Source: Acidimicrobiales bacterium (GTDB lineage Bacteria; Actinomycetota; Acidimicrobiia; Acidimicrobiales; JAHEJN01). Taken from it: DNA of 64,000 nucleotides. This document shows, piece by piece, positions 51,085 through 60,474 of this stretch. The stretch's first letter is position 1. Every line of letters starts with the position of its first letter. The position numbers and the translations under genes are program-made. The stretch lies in contig JAHEJN010000007.1 in NCBI GenBank assembly GCA_024638845.1, positions 6,610-70,609 on the forward strand. The letters are read 5' to 3'. A model generated the notes under the pieces. That model saw nothing but the letters and a program-made list of their open reading frames with translations, was not told the origin of the DNA and did not search any database.

Positions 51085-52740
51085 GTGAGCGGACTGAGCG
51101 ACGAACTCCGGTCGGTCATCGACCAATGGGTCCGGGCCGACCCCGATCCTGCCACCCGTGCCGAGGTGGCCCGACTCCTCGAGGCCGGTGACGATCTCGG
51201 CCTGGCCGACCGCTTCGCCAAGAGACTCGAGTTCGGCACTGCCGGCCTCCGCGGCGCCGAAGGAGCAGGCCCGAACCGGATGAATCGGCTCGTGGTCCGA
51301 CAGACGGCCGCAGGGTTGATGCACTGGCTTCCCGATGGCGCAACGGTGGTGATCGGCTACGACGCCCGGCCGACCTCCGAGGATTTCGCCGACGAGACCG
51401 CCGCCGTCGTTCGGCACTTCGGTGGGGTCCCCGTCGTGGGCCAGGGTCCGTTGCCCACGCCGGCGCTCGCCCATGCGGTGACGGCCCACGAGGCCGATGC
51501 CGGCGTGATGGTCACCGCCAGCCACAATCCTCGGGGCGACAACGGCTACAAGGTCTACATGGCCGACGGCGCCCAGCTGATACCGCCGGCCGATGCCGAG
51601 ATCCAGGCGGCGATCGTCGCCGCGGCCGAGGTCACGCTGGCGCTCGAAGTCGAGCGCCAGCCCCGGGTCGACATGGTGACCCCGTACCTCGATGCCGTCG
51701 AGCGCCACCTCGTCGCCGAGTCCGACGAGCCCGACTTCACGGTCGTCTACACGGCCATGCACGGCGTTGGTTCGGTCGCCCTCCGGGCGCTCTTCGCCCG
51801 GCTCGGTCTCCCCGCGCCGATCGTCGTTCCCGAGCAGGACGAGCCCGACGGTACGTTTCCCACCACGGCCTTCCCCAACCCCGAGGAGCCGGGCGCCCTC
51901 GACCTGGCCTTCGCCCTGGCCGAGCGCGTCGGGGCCGACGTGGTGATCGCCAACGACCCCGACGCCGACCGCCTCGGCATCGCCCTTCCCGGCCCGGATG
52001 GCTGGGCTCGAGTCACCGGAGACGAGCTCGGACTGTTGCTCGCCGACTCGCTGCTGCGTCGAACCACGGGCGACGATCGGATCGTGGCGTCGTCGCTGGT
52101 CTCGTCGAGCGCACTCGAGGTCCTGGCCGGCCGCCACGGTGTTCCCCACGGGTCGACGCTGACCGGTTTCAAGTGGATCGCCCGGGCCGGCCGCGACACC
52201 GGCCGGCGCCTCGTGTTCGGCTACGAGGAGGCACTCGGCTACGCGGTCACGCCGGCCGTGCACGACAAGGACGGCATCACCGCCGCGGCCGAACTGGTAC
52301 ACATCGCCGTCGACCGCAAGCGTCGAGGTTCGGATCTGCGAGGGCTGCTCGACGAGATCATGGCCGAGATCGGTGTGTTCGTCACCGCACAACGCACCAA
52401 ACGGGTCGAAGGCTCCGGGTCCCTCGAGCGCTTGGCGGCGGCGATGGCGTCGCTCCGATCGGTGCCTCCGCCCGACATCGGAGGCATCTCGATCACCACC
52501 ACCGAGGATCTGCTGGTCGGAGCCGTGCTGCCGCCGAGCGACGTCCTGATCTACCGGCTCCTCGACGGCTCGCGGGTCATCCTGCGACCGAGCGGGACCG
52601 AACCCAAGCTCAAGGCGTACCTCGAAGTCACCGCGCCGGCCGGGGCCGGCGGGACGGCGGCCACGAGAGCGGTGCTCACAGGTCGTATCGGGGCGCTGGC
52701 CGAGTCGGTCGAGGCGCTGCTCGAGGCTCGGCTCGACTGA
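51085..52740 (+). CDS. Phospho-sugar mutase, PGM2/PmmB-like (alpha-D-phosphohexomutase superfamily)
   Basis: GTG at 51085. FGTAGLRG, active-site TASHNPRGDNGYKVY, NDPDADR and SGTEPKLK. Confidence 0.85.
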   Translation: MSGLSDELRSVIDQWVRADPDPATRAEVARLLEAGDDLGLADRFAKRLEFGTAGLRGAEGAGPNRMNRLVVRQTAAGLMHWLPDGATVVIGYDARPTSEDFADETAAVVRHFGGVPVVGQGPLPTPALAHAVTAHEADAGVMVTASHNPRGDNGYKVYMADGAQLIPPADAEIQAAIVAAAEVTLALEVERQPRVDMVTPYLDAVERHLVAESDEPDFTVVYTAMHGVGSVALRALFARLGLPAPIVVPEQDEPDGTFPTTAFPNPEEPGALDLAFALAERVGADVVIANDPDADRLGIALPGPDGWARVTGDELGLLLADSLLRRTTGDDRIVASSLVSSSALEVLAGRHGVPHGSTLTGFKWIARAGRDTGRRLVFGYEEALGYAVTPAVHDKDGITAAAELVHIAVDRKRRGSDLRGLLDEIMAEIGVFVTAQRTKRVEGSGSLERLAAAMASLRSVPPPDIGGISITTTEDLLVGAVLPPSDVLIYRLLDGSRVILRPSGTEPKLKAYLEVTAPAGAGGTAATRAVLTGRIGALAESVEALLEARLD

Positions 52741-52788
52741 CGACGACGTCGATGATCCGACGACCGGGACGGAATCGAACTGGCTGCT

Positions 52789-53409
52789 TCAGTCGATGCC
52801 GAACTGGCGGTCGCCGGCGTCGCCGAGCCCGGGGTAGATGTAGGCGTTGTCGGTGAGGTATTCGTCGACCGAAGCGGTCACGACGTGGACGTTCTCGATG
52901 GCGGCGCCCAGCGTGTCGAGACCTTCGGGTGCAGCCAGCACGCAGACGACGATGAGGGGCCCGGCGTCTCGCTCGCGAAGCAGCTCGCAGGCATGGATGA
53001 GCGATCCGCCGGTGGCGAGCATCGGGTCGAGCACGATGGCCGGTCCGTCTTCGAGCATGGGCACGGTCTGCATGTACACCTTGGGCTGGAACGTGTCCTC
53101 GTCACGTTTGGCGCCCACGAACCCCACCGGGGCATCGGGCAGAAGGGTGCGCCCGGCCTCGAGCATGCCCAGACCGGCTCGCAGCACCGGGACCAGCACC
53201 GGGGGCTGGGCGATGATGTCACCGGTGGTCGGCCCGAGCGGGGTCTCGACGTCGATCGTGGCGACCGGACAATTGCGGAGCGCTTCGTAGAGCAGGAACA
53301 CCGACAGCTCGTGGAGCGCGGCACGAAACTCCGCCGCCGGTGTCTCTGCATCGCGAAGGGTGGTGAGACGGTCGGCGGCGAGGGGATGATCGACGATGCT
53401 GAGTTCCAC
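52789..53409 (-). CDS. upp: Uracil phosphoribosyltransferase
   Basis: HPL...LRD, VPVLRAGLGM, VLDPMLATGGS and YIYPGLGDAGDRQFG. Confidence 0.92.
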   Translation of the reverse strand: MELSIVDHPLAADRLTTLRDAETPAAEFRAALHELSVFLLYEALRNCPVATIDVETPLGPTTGDIIAQPPVLVPVLRAGLGMLEAGRTLLPDAPVGFVGAKRDEDTFQPKVYMQTVPMLEDGPAIVLDPMLATGGSLIHACELLRERDAGPLIVVCVLAAPEGLDTLGAAIENVHVVTASVDEYLTDNAYIYPGLGDAGDRQFGID

Positions 53410-53455
53410 GCGGCCAACCTACTCGGCCTCGCCGACACACTCCGCTCGCGCTCGA

Positions 53456-54355
53456 TCACGAGCGGAACGCGACGGCGATCTCAGCAGCAACCGCGGCATT
53501 GTTCGCCACGAGGGCAACGTTGGCCGGGATCGATCGGCCCTCGGTGGCGGCACCGATGCGGCCGAGCACCAGCGGGGTGACTCCGGCACCGCGCACTCCC
53601 GATGCCTCGGCTTCGGCGAGGGCGGCCGAGATCGCCTCGTCGACCTCGTGGCGGGGGAGCGCGGTGGCTTCGGGCGGGGGCGCGCAGACCAACACGCCAC
53701 CGCTCGACAGCTCGTTGTGGGCGCGAAAGACCGCCACGACGTCGGACGCGGTGTCGACTCGGTGCGGAAGCCGGAGTCCGCTCGTGCGGGTGTAGAAGGC
53801 CGGGAGCTCGTCGGTTCTCCACCCCAGCACCGGGACCCGGCGGGTCTCGAGGTCTTCGAGGGTCCGGGCCAGATCGAGGAACGCCTTGGCACCGGCGCAC
53901 ACGGTGATCACCGGGTGTTCGGCGATGGCGGCCAGATCACCGCTCACGTCGCCGGTGAGGTGGGCGTCGCGGTGTACACCGCCGATGCCACCGGTGGCGA
54001 ACACGTTGATGCCGGCCCGGGCGGCAAGGGCGAGCGACGCGGCGACCGTGGTGACACCCAGCGGCCATCGTCGGGCGACGGCCACCCCGAGGTCGCGTTC
54101 GGCCACCTTCTGATCGGCGCCGAGCATGCGGGTCACCCCGTTCTCGTCGAGGCCAACGGTGGCGACACCGTCGACGATGGCGGTGACGGCGGGGGTTGCG
54201 CCGCCCGAGCGGATGGCTTCGATGCAACGATCGAATGCCTCACGGTTGGCGGGCGCAGGCAACCCGAGGAGGCTGTACACGGTGGACTCGAGCGCCACCA
54301 CGGGCCGCCCATCGGCCAGCGCTGCGGCGACCTCCGGATGGATGTGGACGGTCAT
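53456..54355 (-). CDS. psuG: Pseudouridine-5'-phosphate glycosidase
   Basis: VVALESTV, TVAASLALAARAGI.VFATGGIGGVHR and DVSGDL are PsuG/IndA-like. Confidence 0.85.
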   Translation of the reverse strand: MTVHIHPEVAAALADGRPVVALESTVYSLLGLPAPANREAFDRCIEAIRSGGATPAVTAIVDGVATVGLDENGVTRMLGADQKVAERDLGVAVARRWPLGVTTVAASLALAARAGINVFATGGIGGVHRDAHLTGDVSGDLAAIAEHPVITVCAGAKAFLDLARTLEDLETRRVPVLGWRTDELPAFYTRTSGLRLPHRVDTASDVVAVFRAHNELSSGGVLVCAPPPEATALPRHEVDEAISAALAEAEASGVRGAGVTPLVLGRIGAATEGRSIPANVALVANNAAVAAEIAVAFRS

Positions 54356-55071
54356 GCGGCGAACGTGGCCAACGCCCCGGGCAGCAGATCGAACCGTTCG
54401 ATCTCGACATAGCCGTCGCCGTGGCCCTCGACATGATCGAGCGCCCAGCTGGTGTCGTAGGGAATGTGGATCCCCCGCCCGCCGATCTCGAGAACCGGCA
54501 GGATGTCGGACGCGACCGAGTTGCCGACCATCACGAAGGAATGGGCCGCGATGCCTCGCCGGTCGAGCACGCGGCGGTAGGTGGCGGGGTCCTTCTCGGC
54601 GAAGACCTCGACGCCGGTGAGATGCTCGGCGAGCCCGGAGGCCGCGACCTTCGATTCCTGGTGGAACAGGTCGCCCTTGGTCATGACCACCACGTCGTAG
54701 GAGCGGGCCAGCCGCCCGACCGTCTCGGCCACACCGGGCAGCAGCTCGATGGGATGAGCGAACATCTCGCGGCCCCAGTCGATGATGGTGGCTATGTCGT
54801 CGGCCGGAACGGCGCCGTCGGTGAGCTGGATGGCGGTTTCGATCATCGAGAGCACGAACCCCTTCACGCCGTAGCCGAAGACCTCGAGGTTGTGACGCTC
54901 GACGGCCAGGAGGTGCTCGTTCACCTCGTCGACATCACCGTGGGCCGCGACGAGGTCGGCGAAGCGTGCCTCGATGAGCTTGAAGTGCGGCTCGCAGTGC
55001 CAAAGCGTGTCGTCGGCGTCGAGACCGACCGTGGTGATCGCGGCAGCAGAGCCCGGGGCAGAACCGGTCAT
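54352..55071 (-). CDS. HAD-superfamily hydrolase (phosphatase)
   Basis: Motif [11 protein letters not shown] and motif [11 protein letters not shown]. It has ATGA overlaps at both ends, with add upstream and psuG downstream. Confidence 0.75.
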   Translation of the reverse strand: MTGSAPGSAAAITTVGLDADDTLWHCEPHFKLIEARFADLVAAHGDVDEVNEHLLAVERHNLEVFGYGVKGFVLSMIETAIQLTDGAVPADDIATIIDWGREMFAHPIELLPGVAETVGRLARSYDVVVMTKGDLFHQESKVAASGLAEHLTGVEVFAEKDPATYRRVLDRRGIAAHSFVMVGNSVASDILPVLEIGGRGIHIPYDTSWALDHVEGHGDGYVEIERFDLLPGALATFAA

Positions 55072-56144
55072 GCCATCAGTGTGGCGTACCGCGGCTTGAT
55101 CACGTCGTTGATGAGGCGCAGTCGGTCGTTGAACGGCCAGAAGGCGCTCTTCATCGCGTTGATCGTCACCCACTGCACCTCCGGCCAGCCCCACCCGAAC
55201 GCCTCGCTGCACAGCGCGAGCTCCTTCGAGAGGGTGGTGTCGCTCATGAGCCGGTTGTCGGTGTTCACCGTGCAGCGGAACTTCAGCTCGGCCAACAGTC
55301 CGATGGGATGGTCGGCCACCGAGGCGCACACGCCGGTGTGGACGTTCGAGGAGGGGCACAGTTCGAGGGGAATGCGATCGTCGAGCACGAACTGGGCCAA
55401 CGGACCGAGGGCGTAGCCGTCGGCGGTCTTCTCGATCTGTTCGACGATGCGGACGCCGTGGCCGAGGCGCTCGGCGCCGCAGTACTGGATGGCCTCCCAG
55501 ATCGACGGAGGTCCGTAGGCCTCGCCGGCGTGGATGGTGAAGTGGAAGTTCTCGCGCTGGATGAGGTGGAAGGCATCGAGATGCCGGGTGGGCGGGCTGC
55601 CCGCCTCGGCACCGGCGATATCGAAACCGACCACGCCGCGGTTGCGGCGCCGCACCGCCAGCTCGGCGATCTCGAGCGAACGGGCCGCGGTGCGCATCGC
55701 CGTGAGCAGGGTTCCGATGGTGATGTCGCGACCGGCTGAGCCGCGCGTGAACCCCGCGACCACGGCCTCGACCACCTCGTCGAGAGTGAGACCCTTCTCG
55801 ACGTGCAGCTCGGGCGCGAAGCGCACCTCGGCGTACACCACACCATCGTCGGCCAGGTCTTCTGCACACTCGGCCGCCACCCGCTCGAGCGCATCCTTGG
55901 TCTGCATGACTCCGACCGTGTGCGCGAAGGTCTCGAGGTACAGAGCGAGGTCGAGGCGGTTGGCGCCGCGGAGCATCCACGAGGCCAGGTCGGTGGGGTC
56001 GGTGGTCGGGAGGCCGCCGTAGCCCTGTTCGGCCGCCAATTCGATGATGGTGGACGGGCGCAGCCCACCGTCGAGGTGGTCGTGCAGGAGTACCTTGGGG
56101 GCGACGCGGATCTCGTCGTTCGAGAGCGGGTTCTGATTTTCCAT
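55068..56144 (-). CDS. add: Adenosine deaminase
   Basis: [21 protein letters not shown] and CPSSNV...[10 protein letters not shown]. Confidence 0.92.
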   Translation of the reverse strand: MENQNPLSNDEIRVAPKVLLHDHLDGGLRPSTIIELAAEQGYGGLPTTDPTDLASWMLRGANRLDLALYLETFAHTVGVMQTKDALERVAAECAEDLADDGVVYAEVRFAPELHVEKGLTLDEVVEAVVAGFTRGSAGRDITIGTLLTAMRTAARSLEIAELAVRRRNRGVVGFDIAGAEAGSPPTRHLDAFHLIQRENFHFTIHAGEAYGPPSIWEAIQYCGAERLGHGVRIVEQIEKTADGYALGPLAQFVLDDRIPLELCPSSNVHTGVCASVADHPIGLLAELKFRCTVNTDNRLMSDTTLSKELALCSEAFGWGWPEVQWVTINAMKSAFWPFNDRLRLINDVIKPRYATLMA

Positions 56145-56345
56145 GCCTCATGTTAGGCCGCTCGATCGTTGTCAGAGGCCGAACCGAAGGGGCTCGATGG
56201 GTGGGGCAGGGCTTTCGCAACATGGTTGCGGTCTGGTGAAGCCCGCGGCCCATGGTGCGCGCAACGCCGATGGTCGCGCTAGTTTGGCGGCCAAGGGTGC
56301 GTCGGCCACACGGTCGGCGCGAAGAAGAAAGTCAATGGAGGGTTC

Positions 56346-57605
56346 ATGCAGAAGCGATTGTTTAGATTGCTGAGCGTATTGTTCGCGTTCACACTGATAG
56401 CCGCGGCCTGCGGCAGCGACGACGATTCCGAGACCGCGACCGAGGAGCCAACCGCGGAAGAGCCGGCCGCCGAGGAGCCGGCCGAGGAGCCAGCCGAAGA
56501 GCCGGCCGAAGAGCCGGCCGAAGAGCCAGCCGAAGAGCCGGCGATGGAGGAGACCGAAGAGCCGGCGATGGAAGAGGCCAGCTCGTTCGTCAGCCTCGAC
56601 GACCAGTGCGCGAGCTACGACGGCCTCCAGGCTCCCGCGGGCTTCACCGCCAACCTGGTGACCGACATCGGCAAGGTCGACGACGGCACCTTCAACCAGT
56701 TCGCGTTCGAAGGGTTGACGGCGGCAGTCGAGTGCTTCGGCATCGAGAACACGAGCTTCATCGAGACCGTGTCGGAAGCCGACTATGCGGCCAACATCGC
56801 CACGTCGCTCACGAGCGACCCGAACGTGCTGGTCACGGTCGGGTTCCTCATCACCGACGACACCGCAGCCGCAGCCACGGCGAACGCCGACGTCGACTTC
56901 ATCGGTATCGATCAGTTCCTCGTGGAGTATCCCGAGAACATGGTCGGCGTGCTCTTCAACGAGAACGAGGGCGGCTTCATCGCCGGTGCCCTCGCGGCCT
57001 CGCTGTCCGAGAGTGGCGTGGTCGGCGTGGTCGGCGGTCGCGAAGACGTCCCGCCGGTCGTGAAGTTCGTCAACGGCTACTCGGCCGGTGCGAAGTCGAT
57101 CAACCCCGACATCCGGGTCCTCGAAATCTACAACGAGAGCTTCACCGATCCGGCCAAGGGTGCATCCGACGCGGCGCAGTTCATCGGTGAAGGCGCCGAT
57201 GTGATCTTCGGGGCCGGCGGTCCCACCGGTTCCGGTGGGGTCAAGGCCGCGGCCGAGGCCGGTGTGTGGGCCATCGGTGTCGACCAGGACGAGTACTTCA
57301 CCACCTTCACCGGAGGAACCGCACCCGGTTCCGACAAGCTGGCCAGCTCCGCCGTGAAGCGCGTCGATCTCGCCGTGTTCGACAACGTCGCGGCATCGAT
57401 CCAAGATGCGTTCGTCGGGGGCCCGTACATCCTCTCGGCGGCCAACAACGGCATAACCTATGCACCGTTCCACGATGCCGCCGTCCCCGACGAGGCCGCG
57501 GTCGCCGTCGAGGCGGTTCGTGCGGGCCTGGCCGACGGCAGCATCGACACGGGGGTGTGTGGAATCGACGGCCTCTTCATCGGCGAAGGTTCTGCCTGCG
57601 ACTGA
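56346..57605 (+). CDS. BMP-family (PnrA/Med-like) nucleoside-binding ABC lipoprotein with an (EEPA)n linker
   Basis: Lipobox LIAAACGS, an acidic repeat linker, then the BMP body (TDIGKVDDGTFNQ, FGAGGPTGSG, WAIGVDQDEY). Confidence 0.85.
   Translation: MQKRLFRLLSVLFAFTLIAAACGSDDDSETATEEPTAEEPAAEEPAEEPAEEPAEEPAEEPAEEPAMEETEEPAMEEASSFVSLDDQCASYDGLQAPAGFTANLVTDIGKVDDGTFNQFAFEGLTAAVECFGIENTSFIETVSEADYAANIATSLTSDPNVLVTVGFLITDDTAAAATANADVDFIGIDQFLVEYPENMVGVLFNENEGGFIAGALAASLSESGVVGVVGGREDVPPVVKFVNGYSAGAKSINPDIRVLEIYNESFTDPAKGASDAAQFIGEGADVIFGAGGPTGSGGVKAAAEAGVWAIGVDQDEYFTTFTGGTAPGSDKLASSAVKRVDLAVFDNVAASIQDAFVGGPYILSAANNGITYAPFHDAAVPDEAAVAVEAVRAGLADGSIDTGVCGIDGLFIGEGSACD
56458..56578 (+). repeat. 12-bp in-frame tandem repeat encoding (EEPA)n
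   Basis: gaagagccggcc-type units repeated about 8 times, then two longer EEPAMEE units. Confidence 0.85.
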
Positions 57606-57776
57606 CGGGTTCATCGTGAACGGTTGACAGCCTGAGCCGCCACCCGTTCCCACAACTCGCGAACGAGAGCCCGACACCATCCGCGGTGTCGGGCTCTCTC
57701 GCGTTCACCTTCGGTTCGACCCGCTCGACGATCCGTCGTATTGTCGGGCGTCGGTCGACAGCGACGAAGGAGCGTG

Positions 57777-59327
57777 ATGGCGGTCAGTGCGAACGGCACA
57801 CCGGTGTTGGAGGTCGAGGGAGTCACCAAGACCTTCCCCGGCGTCATTGCCAACGAGGACGTCGATCTCACGCTGAATCAGGGCGAGATCCACTGTCTGC
57901 TCGGCGAGAACGGTGCAGGCAAGAGCACGCTCGTGAACGTGGTGTTCGGCCTCTACCAGCCCGACACCGGCACTATCCGAGTCCGCGGTGAGAAGACGCA
58001 GTTCGCCGGGGTCGGCGACGCGATCGAAGCCGGCATCGGCATGGTGCACCAGCACTTCCAGTTGATCCCGGTCTTCACGGTGGCCGAGAACGTCATCCTG
58101 GGCAACGAGCTCGTCAAGGGACCGTTTCTCGATCTCGACGATGCTCGGAAACGAATTCGGGCGCTCGAGGAGCAGTACGGCCTGATGGTCGACCCCGACG
58201 CGAAGGTGGGCGATCTCTCGGTCGGCGAGCAGCAACGAGTGGAGGTGATCAAAGCGCTCTTCCGGGAAGCCGAAATCCTCATCCTCGACGAACCGACCGC
58301 CGTGCTCACACCCGGTGAGGTCGACGACTTCTTCGCCGTGGTCCGGAGTCTCGTCGATCAGGGCAAGTCGATCATCTTCATCACCCACAAGCTGCGCGAG
58401 GTGTTGGCGGTCGCCGATCGCATCACGGTGCTGCGCAACGGCCGGGTGGCCGGCACCGCCGACCCGAAGACGGCCACGCAGCAGTCGCTGGCCAACCTCA
58501 TGGTCGGTCGTGAGGTGGTGTTCCAGGTCGAGAAGGGTGACGCCCATCCCGGTGACCCGGTGATTCGCATCAAGGACCTCGGCGTCGACGACGTTCGCGG
58601 TGTTCGGACCGTCGACGGCCTGAGCGCCGAAGTGCGCGCGGGCGAGATCTTCGGCGTCGCCGGCGTCGAGGGCAACGGTCAGCGCGAGCTGGTCGAGGCC
58701 CTCACCGGAATGCGCCCGAAGGCCGCCGGCACCGTCGAGATCCTGGGCCGGGATGCCACCAAGATGACCCCGCGCCGGATCACCGAGCTGGGCACGGGGC
58801 ACATCCCCGAGGACCGGAACAAACATGGCGTGGTCGGCTCGTACTCGATCGCCGACAACCTCGTGCTCAACCGTTACTACCAGGCACCGTTCACGCAACG
58901 ATGGGTGCGCAACACCCAGGCGGTCGACGAGGAGGCCGAGCGGTTGATCGATCAGTTCGACGTGCGCACGCCGAGCATCCACGTCAAGGTCGACAACCTT
59001 TCGGGCGGCAACCAGCAGAAGGTGATCGTCGCCCGGGAGCTCACCGGAGACGTGAAGGCGTTGATCGTCGCCCAGCCGACGAGAGGACTCGATGTCGGAT
59101 CCATCGAGTTCATCCACAAACAGATCATCGCCCTGCGCGACAAGGGTGTCGGCGTGCTGCTCGTCTCGGCCGAGCTCGACGAGATCCTGTCGTTGTCCGA
59201 CCGGATCGGCGTGCTCTACCGCGGCCGCCTCGTCGGCACTTTCGATGCCGCCGACGCGACCCGCGAAGGGCTCGGTTACATGATGGCCACCGGCGCCGCG
59301 CCCGACAGCGAGGTGGTCCGGTCATGA
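57777..59327 (+). CDS. ABC transporter ATP-binding protein (duplicated ATPase, sugar/nucleoside type)
   Basis: GENGAGKST, LSVGEQQRV and LILDEPTA in the first half. LSGGNQQKV and the GLDVGS context in the second. ATG at 57777 follows GAAGGAG. Confidence 0.9.
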   Translation: MAVSANGTPVLEVEGVTKTFPGVIANEDVDLTLNQGEIHCLLGENGAGKSTLVNVVFGLYQPDTGTIRVRGEKTQFAGVGDAIEAGIGMVHQHFQLIPVFTVAENVILGNELVKGPFLDLDDARKRIRALEEQYGLMVDPDAKVGDLSVGEQQRVEVIKALFREAEILILDEPTAVLTPGEVDDFFAVVRSLVDQGKSIIFITHKLREVLAVADRITVLRNGRVAGTADPKTATQQSLANLMVGREVVFQVEKGDAHPGDPVIRIKDLGVDDVRGVRTVDGLSAEVRAGEIFGVAGVEGNGQRELVEALTGMRPKAAGTVEILGRDATKMTPRRITELGTGHIPEDRNKHGVVGSYSIADNLVLNRYYQAPFTQRWVRNTQAVDEEAERLIDQFDVRTPSIHVKVDNLSGGNQQKVIVARELTGDVKALIVAQPTRGLDVGSIEFIHKQIIALRDKGVGVLLVSAELDEILSLSDRIGVLYRGRLVGTFDAADATREGLGYMMATGAAPDSEVVRS

Positions 59328-60472
59328 GTATCGGAGCCGATCAACGTGAAGTCGAGCCGGGCGGGTTCCGACAGAAGGTCCAGGAGGCCTTCGAGCTGCA
59401 ATCGGTTCTCGTCCCCTTCTACGCCGTGCTGCTGTCGTTCATCGTCGGCGGCGTGCTCATCGCCCTCATCGGCGTGAACCCCTTCACGGCGTACTGGGCG
59501 CTGCTCGAAGGCATGTTCGGGAGCAAGGACAACATCGCGGGGTCGATCGCCCGGTCGGTTCCGTTCATGGGCTCGGCGCTCGCGCTGGCGTTTGCGTTCC
59601 GAGCCGGGCTGTTCAACATCGGGGCCGAGGGTCAGTTGCTGGTGGGCGGCATCACCGCTGCGTGGGTCGGCACCTGGGCCTGGATGACCGACGCCCCTGG
59701 CATCGTCGCCGTGCCGGTCATCTTGCTCGCCGGTGCCTTCGGCGGCTTCGTATGGGGTTGGGTGCCCGGCATCCTGCGAGCCAAGACCGGCGCCCACGAG
59801 GTCATCAGCACCATCATGTTGAACAGCATCGCGCTGTTCCTCGTTCGCTGGATCGTGAACTCCCGCGATCCCTTGATCCTGCGCGATCCGGCGGCGTCGG
59901 TGCCGCGGACCGAATCCATCTCCGACACGGCGATACTGCCGACGATCATCGAGTCGCAGCCCCCGCTCCACTGGGGTCTGTTCGTCATGATCGGTGTCTG
60001 CCTGCTCATCGCGTTCGTGCTGAAGCGAACGACGTTCGGGTTCGAGGTGAACACGGTGGGCGCCAATCCCCATGCATCCCTGTACGCGGGCATCAGCGTC
60101 AATCGCATCATCGTCCTGGCGATGGCGATCTCCGGCGCGTGCGCCGGCATCGCCGCCGCCTCCGAGGTGTCGGGCACCAATCAGCTGTTCCAGCCCGGCA
60201 CCTTCCTCTTCATCGGGTTCGACGGAATTGCCGTGGCCCTGTTGGCCCGGGCCAACCCGGTCGGCATCATCGCCTCCGCCTTGTTGTGGGGTTCGCTGTT
60301 GTCGGGTGCGCCGCTGATGCAACAGGAAGCCGACGTCTCCATCGACGTCGTCCGCATCATCCAATCCATGGTGCTGCTGTTCGTGGCGGCCGACGCGATC
60401 GTCCGCTATCTCTTCCGTGTCCGCGGTGAGGCCGGAAGCCACATCCAGGCCACGAGCTCGGGGTGGGCCTGA
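59324..60472 (+). CDS. ABC transporter permease (BMP/nucleoside system)
   Basis: ATGA overlap with the ATPase stop. About 9 TM helices, in the branched-chain/sugar permease fold. Confidence 0.85.
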   Translation: MSIGADQREVEPGGFRQKVQEAFELQSVLVPFYAVLLSFIVGGVLIALIGVNPFTAYWALLEGMFGSKDNIAGSIARSVPFMGSALALAFAFRAGLFNIGAEGQLLVGGITAAWVGTWAWMTDAPGIVAVPVILLAGAFGGFVWGWVPGILRAKTGAHEVISTIMLNSIALFLVRWIVNSRDPLILRDPAASVPRTESISDTAILPTIIESQPPLHWGLFVMIGVCLLIAFVLKRTTFGFEVNTVGANPHASLYAGISVNRIIVLAMAISGACAGIAAASEVSGTNQLFQPGTFLFIGFDGIAVALLARANPVGIIASALLWGSLLSGAPLMQQEADVSIDVVRIIQSMVLLFVAADAIVRYLFRVRGEAGSHIQATSSGWA

Positions 60473-60474
60473 TC

